Assembly: GCA_048882325.1 (NCBI GenBank)
Contig: JBHLRS010000004.1
Location: forward strand, 49,628-113,627
DNA from: Candidatus Thorarchaeota archaeon
GTDB taxonomy: Archaea > Asgardarchaeota > Thorarchaeia > Thorarchaeales > Thorarchaeaceae
Reading direction: 5' to 3'
Length of the DNA stretch: 64,000 bases
Part shown: piece by piece, positions 1 through 9,838 of the stretch
Position numbering within the stretch: position 1 is the stretch's first letter
How the letters are laid out: each line of letters opens with the position of its first letter
The notes under the pieces: model-generated
Database searches by the model: none
Seen by the model: the letters and a program-made list of their open reading frames with translations, nothing else
Told to the model about the DNA's origin: nothing
Program-made: the position numbers and the translations under genes

Positions 1-1
1 C

Positions 2-1087
2 ATCAAAGCATCACTCAGGCAGAAAGGACAAATCGTTGCTTCTGCAGAGTCTGAAAGACTCAGAATTGAGCAGGTCACAGCTAGGGTCAACATTGATTCA
101 CTCCGGGTTCCCAAACGTGCGCATATAGGAGGTAAGGTTTCAGGCTGGCTTAGAATTAGAAGGAACACAGAGAGTGGAGAACCTGCAATACTCAACATGA
201 CGTTCGTTTTTCCAGATGGTGATGAGCACCATGTGTTAAGCCAACCCGTCAAACAGAGTAAGAATTTATCAATCGCCTTTGGTCCGATAGTCATCCCTGC
301 GCCTCGTGTGACTGCAAACCACAAAGGTGTAACACTGGTGGCTACACTGAGCTATGCTGGAGTTGAGGTTGATAGGAGGTCAAGTGACATAGACCTCATG
401 GGTGGGCCTCAGATGGATATGGCTCAGATTGAGTTTGTTGGTCTTCCCAATTTCACAGCGCCTGATGATCTAATTCAGCCAACAGTCCAAGTAATCAGTA
501 ATGTTGAGAAGAAGAAGTCGTGCATTATAACAGTTGAATTGGAATCAGTTGGTGGAAACAGCGAGCTCCTCACACAGGAGATAGAACTTGAGCCGGGGAA
601 GGAACGTTTGTTCCCTGTGCCGGTGAGAATCCCATTGAGTGCAGAGATGAGCACAGCACATCTTAGAGCTACACTCAGATGTGGTGACAGATCCTATGAG
701 AAGAAACAGAGGTTCAAGATCAAAGCAATAGAAGAACCATTATTTAAGATCAATTTCTCAATCAGGAATGAGTCAGGAGATGAGATACCAGGACTAGTAG
801 CAAGGTTGTCCACTGTGGATATCATTACAACGATTGAAAGCGTTCGAGAGAAGATTGGAGACCTAACACTTAGTGTCCGTATCATGTCAAGACGTGATGT
901 TGTCAAAGAGTTTGAAGTGCCACTGCCAGATCCTGATGCAAAGAAAAATGTAGTCAGAATCAATTGGATTACACCACCAATTGATGTTGTCACCGGATAC
1001 TATGTAGATGCAGTAATTCTACAATCGGGACGTCCGTTGCCTTCGAGGGCAGTGGAACTCGTTAAACGACAGTTCACAGTGTATTGA
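2..1087 (+). CDS. hypothetical beta-rich protein, 5'-truncated by the window edge
   Basis: The frame of ORF 197..1087 stays open back to position 2 with no stop, so the gene begins upstream of the window. I recognise no motif. Confidence 0.45.
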   Translation: MKASLRQKGQIVASAESERLRIEQVTARVNIDSLRVPKRAHIGGKVSGWLRIRRNTESGEPAILNMTFVFPDGDEHHVLSQPVKQSKNLSIAFGPIVIPAPRVTANHKGVTLVATLSYAGVEVDRRSSDIDLMGGPQMDMAQIEFVGLPNFTAPDDLIQPTVQVISNVEKKKSCIITVELESVGGNSELLTQEIELEPGKERLFPVPVRIPLSAEMSTAHLRATLRCGDRSYEKKQRFKIKAIEEPLFKINFSIRNESGDEIPGLVARLSTVDIITTIESVREKIGDLTLSVRIMSRRDVVKEFEVPLPDPDAKKNVVRINWITPPIDVVTGYYVDAVILQSGRPLPSRAVELVKRQFTVY

Positions 1088-1397
1088 GAAAGGAAGAGTT
1101 CTATACTTATAAAATACTCATAATCCTGTGTTTGATTGGGGGAGGCTTATGAGGTTTCATTATGAGGCATGCAGGGATTACGGCCTTTGCCGATTTATTC
1201 TTCGTGTAATTATGATTCGACATTTGCCGACATTCAAATGAAAATTGTTATATTGGCTAAGAAATGCTTGGAAATAAGTATTCCCAAGGCAAAGCTATAA
1301 ATGCGAACTTTGAGCCGCGAATTGGTAATCGGACCCAACAATTAGGATATGATATATACTCATAGAACATTCGACAATGACTTCGACGATATGACCT

Positions 1398-2366
1398 ATG
1401 TTTGAACTCAGTACCAACTTGGATGTGAAGCGAATGCTAGATATATTGACCCATCCGGCTGTATCCGGACTACTGGTTATGACACTAGTTGGAGCTTTAG
1501 CATACAAGCTAAACTTTGTCGATATTTCAGGATTGATCAGTGCATTTGTAGTTGGTTTTACAATCTGGTACACTGGAGGAGTCGTGTCATTTGTCATTAT
1601 TCTGTTTTTCTTTTTGAGTGCGGGTTTGGCGACAAAGATGAAGTACAAAGAGAAAGCCAAGAAAAACCTAGCTCAAGAAGGGAAAGGTAAACGCTCTTGG
1701 GTCAATGTCTTAGGTAGCGGTATCATTCCAATGATGTTTTCGATAGCCATGTACATGACCGGACCTAGAGTGAATTCAGAGCTTGCTGCCGCTGGATGGT
1801 CGTTCCTAATGTTTGGAGGATATATCGGAGCTGTAGCAACTACGACCGCAGACACTTTAGCGAGTGAGATTGGTGTGTTTAGTAAGAGTAAACCACGCCT
1901 CATCACTAACCTGAGAAGGAAGGTCCCACGAGGTACTATCGGCGCAGTTTCTCTTCTTGGAGAGGGTGTTGCCCTATTTGCTGGTTTTTTCATTGGAGTT
2001 CTCGCACTCATCTTCGCACTTTTTACACCAGAACTTGTTGAGGCGGTAAGTACAACAGAACAGTTGATTGTCCTCGTTCCGATGTCCATCTTGACAGCAT
2101 TGATTGGGTGCAATCTCGACAGTCTCTTTGGGGCGGTTTTGCAGAATAGATTTGTTTGTGAGATCTGTGGAGCTGTGACTGACAAGGAGTTTCACTGTAA
2201 TTATGAAACCAAGTATGTGGGAGGATTCAAGAGTTTCACAAACATGCACGTGAATCTCGGCTCTTCCGGAATGGGGGCTACACTTGGCATAGTATTGGGG
2301 GCAGGATTGTTTGTCTGGATTCTCGGAGGCCTCTTCTTCTGGATAGCAGCTTCATCAAGCAGCTAG
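1398..2366 (+). CDS. DUF92/TMEM19-family polytopic membrane protein with a Cys/His-rich C-terminal tail
   Basis: Multiple hydrophobic helices. The conserved K..K..G..EKxxGxR...NVLGSG stretch is typical of DUF92 (TIGR00297). The tail reads CEICGAVTDKEFHC. Confidence 0.4.
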   Translation: MFELSTNLDVKRMLDILTHPAVSGLLVMTLVGALAYKLNFVDISGLISAFVVGFTIWYTGGVVSFVIILFFFLSAGLATKMKYKEKAKKNLAQEGKGKRSWVNVLGSGIIPMMFSIAMYMTGPRVNSELAAAGWSFLMFGGYIGAVATTTADTLASEIGVFSKSKPRLITNLRRKVPRGTIGAVSLLGEGVALFAGFFIGVLALIFALFTPELVEAVSTTEQLIVLVPMSILTALIGCNLDSLFGAVLQNRFVCEICGAVTDKEFHCNYETKYVGGFKSFTNMHVNLGSSGMGATLGIVLGAGLFVWILGGLFFWIAASSSS

Positions 2367-3701
2367 CTGTTTCTTCTCATACTTAACTGCATGCTGAATA
2401 GCATTGCAAAGGTCAGACCTCTCACCAATTTTCTGTAAGAGACCGGACACGAACCATTCAGTTATCTCAGCCGTACCTGAGTCACTTTCTACAAACTGAG
2501 TTTCACCATTCTCAACAACCCGATATTTGTTAACGGTTTCTTTGATCATAATTCTGGCCTCAGTGATATTTTGTATCTTCTGTAGAGGTCGAGGTTTAAC
2601 CTCCTTCTTGAGATAGCGCCATGCACGGTTTGATATGAGTAGAGTTTCAACCTGAGATAACACAGGCTTCAGTCGATTAAGCCCCATCTCCCAGTACGGT
2701 ATTGAACATCTATAGAGAACAGGTATATTGTGAGTTTTCGCATTTGCAGCTATTGAAGCGGCGACTTCTAGGAATAGTTCCCCAATATACACTGCTCTTG
2801 CAGTTTCCACGAGTTTCCAAGGGACTTGAGAGGGAGAGGTTATGGAGAGTGATGTTTCGGGACCTATTCCAACAAGTATTCGAGCACCTTTTGGTTCATC
2901 GATGATGATTGATTGGTTTGTCTGTTTATCGTTTTCAACAAACACGTGGTGGACATCAACTCCGCCCTGTATTAGATTGGCAAGGATATTCCACCCATCA
3001 ATGTCATTCCCAACTGAAGATATGAAGGAGGTTTTGAATCCTTCACGAGATAGAGCAAGAGCGAGTTCAACTGAGGGCCCACCAGAACGTCTTGAAGGAG
3101 TACTGCAACCAGACAGACCTCCTACTGGAGGTATCTTCTCACAATCAATCTGAGTATAGAATGCTGATGCACCAAATATGAGGTAATCAGGCGTTTTATA
3201 TTTCTTTGACCCCTCAAGAATCGCCTTCGCTCTCGTCCTTGCAAAAATCTCAAACAGAGTTGATTCAGGGAGTCCCGCATCACGGAACAAAGTTGCTAAT
3301 CGAACAAGATAATCTTCGAGTAGAAATGCTGTGAGTTCTTCGACATCTGATGGAAGACCTTCAAAATAGAATCTAGCTAATCCCCACCCATTCTTTGTGA
3401 GTTCATGGAGGACAACTCGTTTTCCCTGGTATATTGTTGTTCCAGTTGTGATGAGTCCAAAGTTTTTGAGAGTCTTAAGATAAGCAAGGATGCTCTTGTT
3501 TGAATGAGGTAGCCTTTCAACCAGGTCTCGTTGAAGGACCCGTCCGGTTTCATCAAAACTGGAAAGTACAGTTCTAGCCAAACGAGATGCCAAAACAGAT
3601 CTGATGAATTCATCTCGACTCTCAGGATTGGCAGGTAGAAAGAGAAGATAAGGCCAAAGCGACCCGATTTTGCCTGTGGTTGTCATTCCCAACATCTTCA
3701 T
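2355..3701 (-). CDS. winged-helix regulator fused to a PfkB/ribokinase-like sugar-kinase fold
   Basis: The N-terminal ~170 aa look like a wHTH (SILAYLKTLKNFGLI). The middle has a ribokinase-like GG...(V/L)A..L...G....VG.D..G N-motif. The C-terminal DTTGAGD-type motif is degenerate, so it may be a ligand sensor rather than a kinase. Confidence 0.4.
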   Translation of the reverse strand: MKMLGMTTTGKIGSLWPYLLFLPANPESRDEFIRSVLASRLARTVLSSFDETGRVLQRDLVERLPHSNKSILAYLKTLKNFGLITTGTTIYQGKRVVLHELTKNGWGLARFYFEGLPSDVEELTAFLLEDYLVRLATLFRDAGLPESTLFEIFARTRAKAILEGSKKYKTPDYLIFGASAFYTQIDCEKIPPVGGLSGCSTPSRRSGGPSVELALALSREGFKTSFISSVGNDIDGWNILANLIQGGVDVHHVFVENDKQTNQSIIIDEPKGARILVGIGPETSLSITSPSQVPWKLVETARAVYIGELFLEVAASIAANAKTHNIPVLYRCSIPYWEMGLNRLKPVLSQVETLLISNRAWRYLKKEVKPRPLQKIQNITEARIMIKETVNKYRVVENGETQFVESDSGTAEITEWFVSGLLQKIGERSDLCNAIQHAVKYEKKQLAA

Positions 3702-3766
3702 ATAGTGGTTTATTACGCCAATTTAGTGTACAAAGCTACCTATGTAGTTTACTAAATTACACTACA

Positions 3767-4564
3767 ATGGTGAAAATGATGTCTGGATTCACTAAGTCAT
3801 TTGCTTATCCATGGGCTCTTACTGGGATTTTCGGAGCTGTGCACCTCGTAATAACACTGATTCCGTTCAATCTTAGTATTGGTGGAGGTGGCGAGATATC
3901 TTTCGGTCTTGTTTCTGCACCAATTATCGGATTTCTCCTAGGTCCATTTTTTGGAGTGATTGCAGTAATAATCGGTTCGTCAATTGCTATGTTTATCAAC
4001 AACCTCCTTGCAGTAATCGGACCTTTTACTGTTCTGGCTACAGCTGCTGGAGCATTTGCAGCTGGTGTGATGAGAACAAGATTTCGAATCAGTGTACCAG
4101 TTTTATTCATACTTGCAATGATCATATACGAACTTAGCCCAGTTGGCAATGCTGTGCCTGCATTCATCTGGTTCCACATGATTGCTTTCATTCTATCTTT
4201 ATTGTTTATTATCCCGGGGGTGTCTTCTAAAATAATGAGCCCCCTAAATCTCAATGTGGACGTACATAGATGGAGAATGTTTGCTAGCATCTGGATGTTC
4301 AGTCTCGTTGCCGTGACATTGGATCAAGCAGTAGGTTCAGCTTTTGGAGGATGGTACCTCCCACCACTTTTTGGACTCCCTGCAATTGTAGGATATTTCG
4401 AGGTTGGCATTCTACTTTACGCTTTTGAGCGAATCGTTGGATCACTGATTGTTGCAATTGTGATATATGGATTAGTTGAAGGGCTCTCAAGAGCAGATTT
4501 CGGTTTACCTTTATCTCGCATATGGAAATTTGAGTTACTTGAATTATCGGAGGAAGAGATATAG
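3767..4564 (+). CDS. integral membrane protein, possibly an ECF-type S component-like
   Basis: Six or more hydrophobic segments and a Gly-rich helix. The tracked ORF starts at 3680 and would overlap the divergent gene, so I chose the ATG at 3767 (MVKMMSGF). Confidence 0.35.
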   Translation: MVKMMSGFTKSFAYPWALTGIFGAVHLVITLIPFNLSIGGGGEISFGLVSAPIIGFLLGPFFGVIAVIIGSSIAMFINNLLAVIGPFTVLATAAGAFAAGVMRTRFRISVPVLFILAMIIYELSPVGNAVPAFIWFHMIAFILSLLFIIPGVSSKIMSPLNLNVDVHRWRMFASIWMFSLVAVTLDQAVGSAFGGWYLPPLFGLPAIVGYFEVGILLYAFERIVGSLIVAIVIYGLVEGLSRADFGLPLSRIWKFELLELSEEEI

Positions 4565-4691
4565 CTCGCACGAAATGAGGAGGAGTGAAGACCTCAATTA
4601 GTCGGAGGAAACAACGGGCGTTCCTCCGACACCACATTTTCGTTCAATCCTAAATTGAGCAGAGACGAAGCTTCATAAGACTTCAAGCGAA

Positions 4692-5606
4692 ATGTTTCGT
4701 GAAGTTGTGTTTCCGGACACATTTCTACCATTCGTCTACACAATCGTGTGTGTGGAAGGAAGGAGCAAACGAGAATTGCAGTTTGGATTAGGATATTTGT
4801 GGACGATGTTCTTCGTCGTAATAGCGTTCTTCGCCTTGATGTTTGTAGCTAGTGGAATCAAAGTTCTGAAGGAATGGGAGCGTGTGGCAATCCTTCGTCT
4901 AGGAAAGTTCAAGCACATTAGAGGACCTGGAGTAATCTGGGTCACACCCCTTCTTGATAAAGTAGCTATGAAAGTATCGCTCAGACTTTTGACATATGCG
5001 TTCAAGACAGAACGATCATTGACCAAGGACAACGTACCAGTTGTCGTAGATGCGGTAATGTATTTTCGAATCATCGATGTTGAGAAGGCAATCCTCAGTG
5101 TTGAGAGGTATACCGTTGCCGTGGAGCTTGCTGCTCAAACAACCCTGAGAGAAACTACTGGTAAGGTAACTCTTGACCAACTCCTCTCTGAGAGAGATGC
5201 GATTGCAGGGCATCTTCAGGAACTCATCGACGAGAAGACTGAGCATTGGGGTGTTAAGGTAACTAGTGTCGAAATTCGCGATGTCGTGATTCCATCAGCA
5301 CTTCAGGATGCAATGAGTCGTGAGGCTCAAGCTGAAAGAGAACGCAGAGCTAGAATCACATTAGCTACTGCTGAGCTCGAAGCTTCAGAGAACATGCTGA
5401 AAGCGGCTCGGATTTATGAGGAGTCGAATGTAGGTTTCATGCTTCGTCAGTGGAACATCATGCAAGAGATCTCAAAGAATGCCAACTTGATCATCATGAT
5501 TCCAACAAACCTTCCAGAAGTCGGAATTGCCGCTGGAACCTCAGTGGCTTTGTCAGCTGGAACTGGAGGAATGAGAGTACCGAAAGACAAAGGATCAGGT
5601 GAATAA
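4692..5606 (+). CDS. stomatin/SPFH (band-7) family protein
   Basis: N-terminal TM, then the canonical SPFH core (RLGKF..GPG..W..P..D........L.T.D...V.VDAV.YFRI.D...A...V......A...LAQTTLR) and a C-terminal coiled coil. Confidence 0.85.
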   Translation: MFREVVFPDTFLPFVYTIVCVEGRSKRELQFGLGYLWTMFFVVIAFFALMFVASGIKVLKEWERVAILRLGKFKHIRGPGVIWVTPLLDKVAMKVSLRLLTYAFKTERSLTKDNVPVVVDAVMYFRIIDVEKAILSVERYTVAVELAAQTTLRETTGKVTLDQLLSERDAIAGHLQELIDEKTEHWGVKVTSVEIRDVVIPSALQDAMSREAQAERERRARITLATAELEASENMLKAARIYEESNVGFMLRQWNIMQEISKNANLIIMIPTNLPEVGIAAGTSVALSAGTGGMRVPKDKGSGE

Positions 5607-5631
5607 ACTCATTGTTTCATGAGTAGGAGGA

Positions 5632-6333
5632 ATGAAATTGGATGCTTGGATAAAGATCTTCGTAGTCATGCTCATGTTCTCAGCATTGGGAATGGTCATG
5701 CCATTTTTAGCCATTGATCCATTCGTTGGCCTGATACTTCTAGGCGTACTCCTCACTTTGCTTGTACTCACCCTCGAACCCGCAACAGGAAAAGCAATGG
5801 CACAGGTCACGGTTCCACTAGTAATCATCCTCTTTGTTTTTCAGGTGTGGATTAATCCTGCATTTACATTCAAAGATTGGATGCTTATAGTGATCTTTGC
5901 TGTCATGTATCTCATGTTCACCATGTTCACAGGCGGGAGTAGCTTCATTGAGGGTGGCTTTATCGATGCTAAGGTTTCGTTGAAGTTGTTTCCCCTGTAT
6001 GGAGTAGCAATCTTCCTATCTATCTTGATTGATGAAACGAGACAGCTTACAGCGTACATCATGGCTGGTACTGTTATCTGTTTGATGTTGCTTTACTCTG
6101 CGTTTCTGAGAAACTATGCTGATTGGCCAACATACTCTCAGTTCAAGTACAGCGACATCCATGCCGTCACTGATCTCAATCCCAAGGGCAAGGTAAAGAC
6201 TGGTGCTGAAATCTGGTGGGCAAGAACAGACGGACCACCCATCAAATCTGGTGAAAAGGTGGTCATAGACCATATCACAGGCATGACAATGATTGTCAGA
6301 AGACCAGATGACATCCCAGGTTTGGATCAATAG
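5632..6333 (+). CDS. NfeD-like membrane protein with a C-terminal OB-fold, stomatin operon partner
   Basis: Polytopic N-terminus plus a C-terminal GKVKTGAEIWWARTDGPPIKSGEKVVIDHITGMTMIV segment typical of the NfeD short OB domain. It lies 26 nt downstream of the stomatin gene. Confidence 0.7.
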   Translation: MKLDAWIKIFVVMLMFSALGMVMPFLAIDPFVGLILLGVLLTLLVLTLEPATGKAMAQVTVPLVIILFVFQVWINPAFTFKDWMLIVIFAVMYLMFTMFTGGSSFIEGGFIDAKVSLKLFPLYGVAIFLSILIDETRQLTAYIMAGTVICLMLLYSAFLRNYADWPTYSQFKYSDIHAVTDLNPKGKVKTGAEIWWARTDGPPIKSGEKVVIDHITGMTMIVRRPDDIPGLDQ

Positions 6334-6381
6334 TATCTAGAATAAAGGAAGGGAACGGTTAGACCGAACCCTTCTCATTCA

Positions 6382-7152
6382 TTATTTTTTCGCGCTTGTC
6401 AATAGACTCCAGAGAATCAGGAGTCCGAACAAGAATCCAAAAACCGTTGTGATGCCCCATTCAATCTGGAAGATTTCGGGTTGGATAACAGCTACTTGGG
6501 GGAAAGAAGGAAACTGAATGTAGGCAAGTGTATTCCATGTGAAATGAAATGAGATTGGCACCCAGAGTTTCCGGTCGGACCAATAGTAACTGAATGACAA
6601 CACAACTCCGCCAAGAAAAATATTGAACGTAAACAGGGCAATTAGGAGAATGTCAAAACCAGCAGGTTCCCACCAACTAAAATGAAGAAGCGAGAAAAAG
6701 AGAGAGCTAAATATGATAGCAGCTCCCCGACCAGCTAAATTCTCCATTCTTGTTAGAATATAACCTCTGTGTGTTAATTCTTCAAAGAATGAAAATAGAA
6801 CAGCATTGAGAACAACAGTGAATATCAGATCACCTGTGATTTCACTGACTAGACGGAGCTGACCGCCAAAGAAGAACGCTACTAAAGTAACAAGGGCTGC
6901 TGCAAGAGTGGCCGCAATTGCACCAATAATGATGGATGAACCGAATCGATCATCAACATCAAGCCCTAGTTCAACAATGGATTCACCACCCTCCCATCTC
7001 ACAAATGCCCATGCTATGGTGAACATGAATAGAAAGATCAGAATATTTGCAATTGGTGCTGAAAGAGCAATCAGGAACATCGCACACATGAATAAGAGTA
7101 GTCTAAGAAATGATTGTTGCCGAGTATCCGTCATAATTGGCGCCTTGCTCAA
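6382..7152 (-). CDS. CPBP-family (CAAX-type) intramembrane metalloprotease
   Basis: Motif 1 is FEELTHRGY (EExxxR), motif 2 is FSLLHF (FxxxH), motif 3 is HFTWN (HxxxN). Several TM helices. Confidence 0.75.
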   Translation of the reverse strand: MSKAPIMTDTRQQSFLRLLLFMCAMFLIALSAPIANILIFLFMFTIAWAFVRWEGGESIVELGLDVDDRFGSSIIIGAIAATLAAALVTLVAFFFGGQLRLVSEITGDLIFTVVLNAVLFSFFEELTHRGYILTRMENLAGRGAAIIFSSLFFSLLHFSWWEPAGFDILLIALFTFNIFLGGVVLSFSYYWSDRKLWVPISFHFTWNTLAYIQFPSFPQVAVIQPEIFQIEWGITTVFGFLFGLLILWSLLTSAKK

Positions 7153-7331
7153 TCTCTTATCTTCCTACCTAAATCTACTCCGGTAGTTAATCCATCAGAG
7201 AATATTGTATATGTAGTGCCAACTCTTAATAGTAGGCAACAGTATTCGCCCACCTAAGGCTATTAAGATAGTAAGCTGCAAGATACTATAGCAAAAACAG
7301 CCGAAGTTGAGCGCGTCTCGGAGGAGTACTC

Positions 7332-8474
7332 TTGACAAAGACAAGGAGTCTTTTGTTGGAATTCGAAACAGATGAGGTTGGGCGACTCGCAAGGGAGAGC
7401 AAGACAGAACGAAAAGCCCTAATCAAGGCATTCTCTGACTCATCAGACGTTGTTAGAGAGAGAGCATTGATCGCATCAATTGACCTCGCGGATCCAACTG
7501 TTGTTACTGATATTGTTAAAGCTCTGTCAGATGACGTGCAAGACGTACGAATTGCAGCAGCACAGGCACTTGCGTTTTATCATCAACCGCGGACTGTTCC
7601 TATTATGATCAAGGGTCTCAAAGATTCCAGTACATGGGTGAGATCACATTGTGCTGCAGGGCTTTCAAAATTGCTTAATGGACCAATTTGGGCCCGAATA
7701 GCTGAAGAAGATGTCGAGGCTTTCATTGAAGACTTCCCAGATATGACAGAAGAAGCCATCAACAAGTTTCTTACTGATATTAAACTGAAACCCGCGTCCA
7801 TAGATCGCTATATGAATTGGCGCAGCAAAGGATTTGACATTGAGATTGATGTGACATCTCTTGAGGAGGAACTTGAGAGTGCTCCAATCTTGCTCTCTGA
7901 GGAGGCTGCAGCAAGTATCGATGCTCCAAAGTTAGGTGGCGTGTCAGAAGAGGTTGAAGCGATTCTTAGTGATTTACCTGATGAACTACGTGAAACGCTT
8001 CCACCAGAGGACCTCAGAAGGCTTACTCCAACTTCTGCTAGAGAACTAGTGCAAAAGCTCAAAGTATCTATCCCATCAGAGAAACCAAAGAAGAAGGCTG
8101 TTAAGGTCCGAAAAGTGAAGAAGGTCAAGAAGAAGAAGAAGCTAACTGCTCAGGACGAGTTGATCGAGAAACTTCCTGCAGAAGTACGAAAAGAGGTTGG
8201 TGATGAAACTCTCTCTACTTTGAGTGTTGAAGAGCTTGAAGCACTTCTCTCATCAACAGTAGAAAGTGAACCTGAAACCATGGAAGAAGAGCCTGTTGAA
8301 GAGAAAGTCGACCCAAGGAAGCAAGAGTTCATAGAAAAGTTCGGAGAAGAAAAAGCTGAGCTTCTGATCAGTATACCTGAAGTGATGTTGGAGGGAATTC
8401 CTGAAGAGCAGATTCAGGAAATGGATCTTGAAACTCTCAAAGGACTGACTCAGGCACTCGAGCCTCGTGATTAG
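7332..8474 (+). CDS. HEAT/PBS-lyase repeat protein with a long acidic, Lys-rich low-complexity tail
   Basis: Repeated D.S..VR..A..AL motifs (DSSDVVRERALIASIDL, DDVQDVRIAAAQALAF, DSSTWVRSHCAAGLSKL). The tail has EEL/EEE runs and KPKKKAVKVRKVKKVKKKKK. The tracked start codon is TTG. Confidence 0.55.
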   Translation: MTKTRSLLLEFETDEVGRLARESKTERKALIKAFSDSSDVVRERALIASIDLADPTVVTDIVKALSDDVQDVRIAAAQALAFYHQPRTVPIMIKGLKDSSTWVRSHCAAGLSKLLNGPIWARIAEEDVEAFIEDFPDMTEEAINKFLTDIKLKPASIDRYMNWRSKGFDIEIDVTSLEEELESAPILLSEEAAASIDAPKLGGVSEEVEAILSDLPDELRETLPPEDLRRLTPTSARELVQKLKVSIPSEKPKKKAVKVRKVKKVKKKKKLTAQDELIEKLPAEVRKEVGDETLSTLSVEELEALLSSTVESEPETMEEEPVEEKVDPRKQEFIEKFGEEKAELLISIPEVMLEGIPEEQIQEMDLETLKGLTQALEPRD

Positions 8475-8478
8475 TTGT

Positions 8479-9750
8479 TCACTCAGATCCACGAATTACT
8501 ACAGCAAACTCACCAGCTAACTTGCCATACCACTCGAGCAGGTCTCTCATATTGTCCACATGACGATAACTACCATTTCCATATTGTGCAATAGCTAGCA
8601 TCAATTCCTCATCTATCTCACTTCGTTCACCCAGTCCAATGGAGTAGATAACGAGTTTGTTTCGATCCGTGAATCGATCTTTTAAGACTTTGAGTGGTGG
8701 AGGTCCTGAAGTTGTCATTCCATCAGTAAGCATGATTAACATAGTAGGTTTGTCAGGGTCTCCGAATTCCTCCATTATCTCATGGGCTTTGGCCAGAGCT
8801 GTGCCCATGTCTGTGAGTGTACCACCTTCTTCCACTTTATCTACAACATGCGTGCTGATAATCTGCAGACCTAAAGCCTTCTCTCTGCCAGTACATTCAA
8901 CAAACGGTTGAACTTCACCGGTTTCGGAGTTTAGAAAGGTCATCTCACTGACCTCTTTTTCGAAAGTAATCACTCCAACTTTCTCACCGTAACCTCGACC
9001 GACTTTCTCCGCCAAGTACAGAAGAACAGCCATTGCTGCAGCTTCTGCTCGACTAACGTTTTTGCCCTCTTCGAAACGGTTCAGGAATGCTTGAACTTCA
9101 GGACTGTCTCCAGCAAGATCTTTCAGACCTTCACGAGCATGCGCAATGTCCTGCACTGGGACATCTGTGGTTTTCATTGAACCACTTGTATCAATGCAGA
9201 GTACTGCGTTGAAAGGCGATGCAATTCCTACTGTTTTGAACTGGTATCCAGTCCGTTCGCGAAGTGCTTCAAATGCAAGTTTGGCAAACTTCTTGCCAGC
9301 TAAATCTGGTTTTGTGTTGATTATCTCCACTTTCACATCAAGTTCTGGCCAGTTGAATGACATACCAGGATATACCAACCGACCACCAATGATATTCTCA
9401 AGACCCGTAACTCTCTCTGCAGCTCTGGTTACTAAGTCCTCTGTATTTGCATCTTCAGTCAGTGGTTTGAGTCCAAACTCCACATATTCTAATGCAAGCA
9501 TGTCTTCATCGTAGAGTGTGACTTCAACTTGGTCACCTTCCATTAAGAGCGATGCTTCGAGAACTAAAGTATCAATGATTATGCCATCTTCGGAGGCATC
9601 CTCACTTTTTCTAATCTCAGCTGCGCCCCAGAAACTACTTTGCGGGTCCTCGAAAATTACTATAGACCCTATATCTGCGTCCAGCTTCTTCGCAATCTTT
9701 GGATGTAGATTGGCGAATCCTCTTAGGTCTCCGCCGTCAATTATCTCCAA
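8479..9750 (-). CDS. N-terminal beta-barrel domain (CDC48-N/double-psi- or VIT-like) plus von Willebrand factor A domain protein
   Basis: The VWA core has an intact MIDAS (VLCIDTSGSMKTTD ... GVITFEKE ... GGTLTDMGTAL ... MLIMLTDGMTT). The N-terminal ~170 aa carry barrel-like GD.VEV/IIIDT motifs. Confidence 0.65.
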   Translation of the reverse strand: MEIIDGGDLRGFANLHPKIAKKLDADIGSIVIFEDPQSSFWGAAEIRKSEDASEDGIIIDTLVLEASLLMEGDQVEVTLYDEDMLALEYVEFGLKPLTEDANTEDLVTRAAERVTGLENIIGGRLVYPGMSFNWPELDVKVEIINTKPDLAGKKFAKLAFEALRERTGYQFKTVGIASPFNAVLCIDTSGSMKTTDVPVQDIAHAREGLKDLAGDSPEVQAFLNRFEEGKNVSRAEAAAMAVLLYLAEKVGRGYGEKVGVITFEKEVSEMTFLNSETGEVQPFVECTGREKALGLQIISTHVVDKVEEGGTLTDMGTALAKAHEIMEEFGDPDKPTMLIMLTDGMTTSGPPPLKVLKDRFTDRNKLVIYSIGLGERSEIDEELMLAIAQYGNGSYRHVDNMRDLLEWYGKLAGEFAVVIRGSE

Positions 9751-9838
9751 GGTCAGTTTCTTGGTGATGGCATTTGCCTCCTCAAGTCCTTTAAGAAGTC
9801 ACTCCAATTCTAGGGTTATAAAGAATTGTGAGTCAGCG

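Noticed and set aside
694-993. Antisense ORFs nested inside longer CDS. Examples are 694..993, 1673..2185, 3805..4290, 7808..8128, 46760..47170, 47234..47680, 55884..56468, 56680..57147 and 57032..57703.
   Set aside because: Each lies wholly within a longer ORF on the other strand that has clear family motifs. They have low-complexity or Ser/Thr-rich composition typical of shadow frames. None carries a recognisable motif.
1088-1397. Possible tRNA or ncRNA in the 310-nt intergenic region
   Set aside because: No cloverleaf-compatible stems, no GC-rich acceptor pairing and no conserved T-loop (GTTCRANYC) are visible. It is AT-rich and more consistent with a promoter or leader region.
6334-6381. 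Terminator hairpin between the convergent NfeD and CPBP genes
   Set aside because: The candidate stem (aaggg.../...ccctt) is interrupted by mismatches. Only the downstream tattttttcg T-run is convincing, which is not enough for a confident structured terminator call.
4692-7152. Stomatin, NfeD and CPBP protease as a novel system
   Set aside because: The stomatin/NfeD operon is a well-known widespread pair. The CPBP protease is convergent and not obviously linked. I treated these as ordinary.
8090-8160. aag/aaa-rich repetitive DNA that looks like a microsatellite
   Set aside because: It encodes the poly-Lys tract (KKKAVKVRKVKKVKKKKK) of the HEAT-repeat protein, in frame. It is coding low complexity rather than a non-coding repeat.
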